A stretch of DNA of 61,943 bases, filler included, from an uncultured bacterium (GTDB lineage Bacteria; Hinthialibacterota; Hinthialibacteria; Hinthialibacterales; Hinthialibacteraceae): NCBI GenBank assembly GCA_964449065.1. It is 9 parts of 9 records of this genome, joined end to end, with 100 filler letters (N's around TTAATTAATTAA, not from the genome) between each part and the next. Parts side by side here need not be neighbours in the genome. Positions count along the whole stretch, not along the records: positions 55,247 to 61,943 come from CAYVAZ010000292.1; 8 more parts are not named here. The stretch is one strand, 5' to 3'. Positions 58,537 through 61,943 of the stretch are shown here, one piece after another; the first letter of the stretch is position 1, and the number at the start of each line of letters is the position of its first letter. Both the position numbers and the translations under genes were made by a program. The notes beneath the pieces were generated by a model. It searched no databases. It was not told the DNA's origin and saw only the letters and a list, made by a program, of their open reading frames with translations.

Positions 58537-61095
58537 ATGGCGCAGACGCAGGGAAAAATCTCTCCCAACAAACAAGCCGGTGATAAATATCCCCATGCCG
58601 AAGTGGAACCGAAATGGCAAAAGCATTGGACGGAGAACCATTCGTTCACGCCCAACATGGAGGACACCGGGAACAAATTTTATTGCCTGGAAATGTTTCC
58701 CTACCCGTCCGGCAAGCTGCACATGGGGCATCTGCGCAACTACACCATTGGCGATGTGATGGCGCGTTTTTATAAAATGCGGGGCAAAAGCGTGCTGCAC
58801 CCGATGGGCTACGACGCTTTCGGCCTCCCCGCCGAAAACGCCGCCATGCAGCGCAAGATTCATCCCGCCGATTGGACCTATAGCAACATCGAAGAAATGA
58901 CCCAACAGCAAATCAGCATCGGCCTCTCGTATGATTGGGACCGCAAGGTGATGACCTGCCATGAATCGTATTACAAATGGGGGCAGTACATCTTCCTTAA
59001 GTTTTGGGAAAAAGGCATCGTCGCCAAAAAAGAAGGCTTGGTAAACTGGGATGTGGAATGCCAAACCGTTCTTGCCAACGAACAGGTAGTGGACGGCCGC
59101 AGCTGGCGCGGCGGCCCGGTTGTGCAAAAGTATCTGCCGCAGTGGTATCTAAAGATTACCGACTACGCCGAAGAACTGCTCAACGATTTGGATAAACTCA
59201 CCGAATGGCCGCAAAAGGTAGTGACCATGCAGCGCAACTGGATCGGCCGTTCGGAAGGGGCGGAAATTCATTTTTCGGTGAAGGATGGAGCATTGGAAGG
59301 TGAAAAAATCACGGTGTTCACCACGCGTCCCGATACCATCTTTGGAGCCACCTATATGGTATTGGCTCCAGAACACCCGTTGGTTGAAAAACTGATTGCC
59401 GGGCAAAAGCAGGAAGCCGAGTGCAAAGCCTTCATCGAAAAAGTGACCAAGATGGACCGCGCCACCCGTACCGATGAAGCCACCGCCAAAGAAGGCGTTT
59501 TCACCGGGCAATACGCTGTCAATCCGGTGAATGGGGAAGCCGTTCCGATCTGGCTGGCGAATTATGTCTTGGTTGAATACGGCACCGGTGCCGTGATGGC
59601 CGTCCCGACACACGACCAGCGCGACTTTGAATTTGCCAAACAATACGGGTTGGATTTACGTTTGGTTATTCAACCCGAAGACGGTTCTATTTCATCTGCA
59701 GATGAATTAAAAGAAGCCTGGGTGGATGAAGGTAAGATGATTAACTCCGCCCAATTTGACGGCATGACAAATGTGGAAGGCAAAAAAGCCGTTACCCGAT
59801 GGATGGAAGAAAACGGATACGGCAACGGTACCATCAACTACCGCCTGCGCGATTGGTGTATCTCACGCCAGCGCTTTTGGGGGATGCCCATCCCGCTGAT
59901 TCATTGCGAAACCTGCGGAACCGTGCCGGTGCCTAAAGAAGACCTGCCTGTGCAGTTGCCTTATGATGTAGAAATCACCGATCAAGGCTCTCCGCTCACA
60001 CGCCATGAAGGCTTCTTACATGTGAAGTGTCCTCAATGCGGAGCCGGTGCCAAGCGCGAAACCGACACCATCGATACCTTTTTCGATTCATCCTGGTATT
60101 ACCTGCGCTACATTGATCCCCATAATGATGAACTGCCGTTCGATAACGAGTTGGTCAACAAATGGATGCCGGTTGATCTGTATATCGGCGGTGTTGAGCA
60201 CGCCGTGCTTCATTTGCTCTACTCGCGCTTTTTCACCAAAGCATTGCGTGATGTGGGTATGTTGAATTTTGATGAGCCTTTTAAAAAATTGGTGACGCAA
60301 GGGATGGTCATCAAAGATGGCTTTAAGATGTCGAAATCGAAAGGCAATGTGGTTGACCCGATAGAAATCATCAGCAAATACGGTGCGGATGCCGCGCGCT
60401 TGTTTATCCTCTTTGCGTCACCGGTAGACCGGGATTTGGATTGGAGCGACGAAGGCGTTGTGGGGTCGTCCCGCTTTGCTGATAGAGTGTTCCGCATCAT
60501 CAATTGGTATGCAGATGCCTTGAAAGAATCCTCCTCCTTAGCCCCCCATAATAAGGGTGGGAATGAAGGCGGGATCAGCAAAGAGGCCGAAGCCCTGCGC
60601 CGCACCTGCCACAACATCATCAAAACGGTCACCGAAGATATCGACCACCGCATGAGCCTCAATACCGCCATCGCCCGTATTATGGAACTGGTGAACGAGA
60701 TGTATAAATTCGTAGGCGACGGCGGCATCGATGAATCCGATTTTCCCGTGTTCAAAGAAGCGGCCGAAGCGGTGATTTTGATGCTGTCCCCCTTCACCCC
60801 GCACATGAGCGAAGAGTTGTGGCAGCTCACCGGACACGAAGGCCTGGCGCAGGAGCAAAGCTGGATGAGTTACAATGCGGAATATTTGGTAGCGGATACC
60901 ATCAAAGTCACGGTTCAGGTCAACGGCAAAGTGCGCGGCACGGTCGAAGTGCCCGCCGAAGCGGATGAAGACACGGTTTGGAACGCCGCCCGGCAGGATG
61001 AGCAAATCACCCGCTGGCTGGATGGAATGCAGGTCGTAAAGAAAATTTATATCGCCGGCAAGCTGCTCAACATTGTCATCAAACCGAATCAGTAA
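58537..61095 (+). CDS. leuS: Leucine--tRNA ligase
   Basis: MFPYPSG.LHMGH, FTTRPDT editing domain, YGTGAVMAVP.HDQRD, KMSKS. Confidence 0.98.
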   Translation: MAQTQGKISPNKQAGDKYPHAEVEPKWQKHWTENHSFTPNMEDTGNKFYCLEMFPYPSGKLHMGHLRNYTIGDVMARFYKMRGKSVLHPMGYDAFGLPAENAAMQRKIHPADWTYSNIEEMTQQQISIGLSYDWDRKVMTCHESYYKWGQYIFLKFWEKGIVAKKEGLVNWDVECQTVLANEQVVDGRSWRGGPVVQKYLPQWYLKITDYAEELLNDLDKLTEWPQKVVTMQRNWIGRSEGAEIHFSVKDGALEGEKITVFTTRPDTIFGATYMVLAPEHPLVEKLIAGQKQEAECKAFIEKVTKMDRATRTDEATAKEGVFTGQYAVNPVNGEAVPIWLANYVLVEYGTGAVMAVPTHDQRDFEFAKQYGLDLRLVIQPEDGSISSADELKEAWVDEGKMINSAQFDGMTNVEGKKAVTRWMEENGYGNGTINYRLRDWCISRQRFWGMPIPLIHCETCGTVPVPKEDLPVQLPYDVEITDQGSPLTRHEGFLHVKCPQCGAGAKRETDTIDTFFDSSWYYLRYIDPHNDELPFDNELVNKWMPVDLYIGGVEHAVLHLLYSRFFTKALRDVGMLNFDEPFKKLVTQGMVIKDGFKMSKSKGNVVDPIEIISKYGADAARLFILFASPVDRDLDWSDEGVVGSSRFADRVFRIINWYADALKESSSLAPHNKGGNEGGISKEAEALRRTCHNIIKTVTEDIDHRMSLNTAIARIMELVNEMYKFVGDGGIDESDFPVFKEAAEAVILMLSPFTPHMSEELWQLTGHEGLAQEQSWMSYNAEYLVADTIKVTVQVNGKVRGTVEVPAEADEDTVWNAARQDEQITRWLDGMQVVKKIYIAGKLLNIVIKPNQ

Positions 61096-61112
61096 AAATG
61101 TTGGGATGAAAA

Positions 61113-61253
61113 ATGCCCGTTCTATCCACCTTTTTTGGTTTGATTATATGAATGTATCACTTCGATACGCAAAAGCATCAAGAAGAATTGATGGCGGATT
61201 GGCACCTTGCCGTAGAGGGAAAAAGAATTGTCAAGATCGACCCGTTAAGGTGA
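61113..61253 (+). pseudogene. DUF4160-family pseudogene
   Basis: MPVLSTFFGLII*MYHFDTQKH/QEELMADWHLAVEGKRIVKIDPLR: in-frame TGA and missing central part. Confidence 0.85.
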
Positions 61254-61257
61254 ACAA

Positions 61258-61530
61258 ATGAATCCTAAAGTGAACCAGGTAAAACCGACAGACAACCATA
61301 CGTTAATCGTTACCTTCGACAATGATGAAGTGCGTGAGTTCGATGTAAAACCCTATTTGGATAAAGGGATTTTTACAGAATTAAAAGATCTTTCCCAATT
61401 CCGCACTGTCAAGGTGGTGGCTGGGAGTGTGGAATGGTCTGGTGAACAAGATTTGAGTTATGATACACTATACATGGCAGGAATTTCAATATCTCCTAAA
61501 AATACTTACAGGAAATTGGTAAAGCAATAA
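61258..61530 (+). CDS. DUF2442-family protein
   Basis: V..VKP....L.VTF.N.E.R.FDVKPYL.KG.F.EL....F..V.V..G.VEW....D....LY. Confidence 0.9.
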   Translation: MNPKVNQVKPTDNHTLIVTFDNDEVREFDVKPYLDKGIFTELKDLSQFRTVKVVAGSVEWSGEQDLSYDTLYMAGISISPKNTYRKLVKQ

Positions 61531-61548
61531 TAATGTGGAAAGGACATC

Positions 61549-61833
61549 ATGTATAAACCGATCTATAGCATGTCAGTCATCGCATCTATCCTTTTAATAA
61601 TGTCTACTACTTCTTTTTCCCTAGGCATCCGGTTTATCAAAGGGCCCGGTTTCTATGCAGGAGATACAGATGGAAGTTTTTTACAAGACTTTCAGATCAT
61701 AGGCGACAATGTGTATTTGTTAACAACAGAAGGAAGCAGCCATCGAAATTTTCAAACGTTCTTCAAGCTAGCTAATTTCAATATCGTTAGACCTTTGGCT
61801 GGATCCCGAGCCATGAAGAACTCACCAAATTAA
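61549..61833 (+). CDS. Hypothetical secreted protein, probably truncated
   Basis: AAGGA RBS and signal peptide; 3' end abuts a transposase-like remnant. Confidence 0.45.
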   Translation: MYKPIYSMSVIASILLIMSTTSFSLGIRFIKGPGFYAGDTDGSFLQDFQIIGDNVYLLTTEGSSHRNFQTFFKLANFNIVRPLAGSRAMKNSPN

Positions 61834-61943
61834 ATCATAGATGACGCCTTGATATTTCCATTCATCTTCGTTCGACACAATATTATGCCGAACCCAGTTT
61901 TCCAAAGATGTAAGATTTTCGTTTGCATGTTGATAATGGATTT
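61822..61943 (-). pseudogene. C-terminal fragment of a RAYT/Y1-type transposase, degenerate
   Basis: Minus strand ...LENWVRHNIVSNEDEWKYQGVIYDLIW*; removing one T gives YILENWVR, cf. the YIxxNPVR catalytic motif. Confidence 0.55.

Noticed and set aside
58516..59127. 203-aa antisense ORF over leuS
   Set aside because: Antisense shadow typical of synthetase genes; no independent RBS or domain.
59047..59130. LeuRS zinc-knuckle region lacking most cysteines (WDVEC...GRSWRGG)
   Set aside because: Cys-poor variants of this region are common in bacterial LeuRS.

Overview
The window is not one locus. It is nine unrelated ~6.7-6.9 kb contigs in decreasing length order (6853, 6852, 6845, 6839, 6823, 6796, 6733, 6705, 6697 bp), joined by 100-bp N44-TTAATTAATTAA-N44 linkers, so gene context only holds inside a contig. 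The source is a fragmented bacterial MAG/SAG. Pilin-like and secreted-protein styles loosely recall OLB16/Hinthialibacter- or Sumerlaeota-like bacteria, but this is tentative. Housekeeping genes: scpA-scpB-rluB, rng-murQ, fliA region, nrnA, ridA, leuS. Also present are many secreted carbohydrate-related proteins, a DASS transporter with a two-component system, an RHS/YD protein on a compositionally distinct contig, and several intact, orphan or decayed toxin-antitoxin genes. I saw no rRNA, tRNA or CRISPR array. The main unexplained structure is non-coding: several families of ~95-270 bp MITE-like shells with terminal inverted repeats carry interchangeable REP-like hairpin cargoes. The same shell holds different cargo, and the same cargo sits in different shells. 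One cargo hairpin appears inserted in frame in leucyl-tRNA synthetase. Two shells bracket an AT-rich ABC-ATPase/DUF4276 pair plus a tiny ArfA-like gene. A decayed RAYT-like transposase fragment lies at the window end. All family calls are by-eye motif recognition, not database searches.
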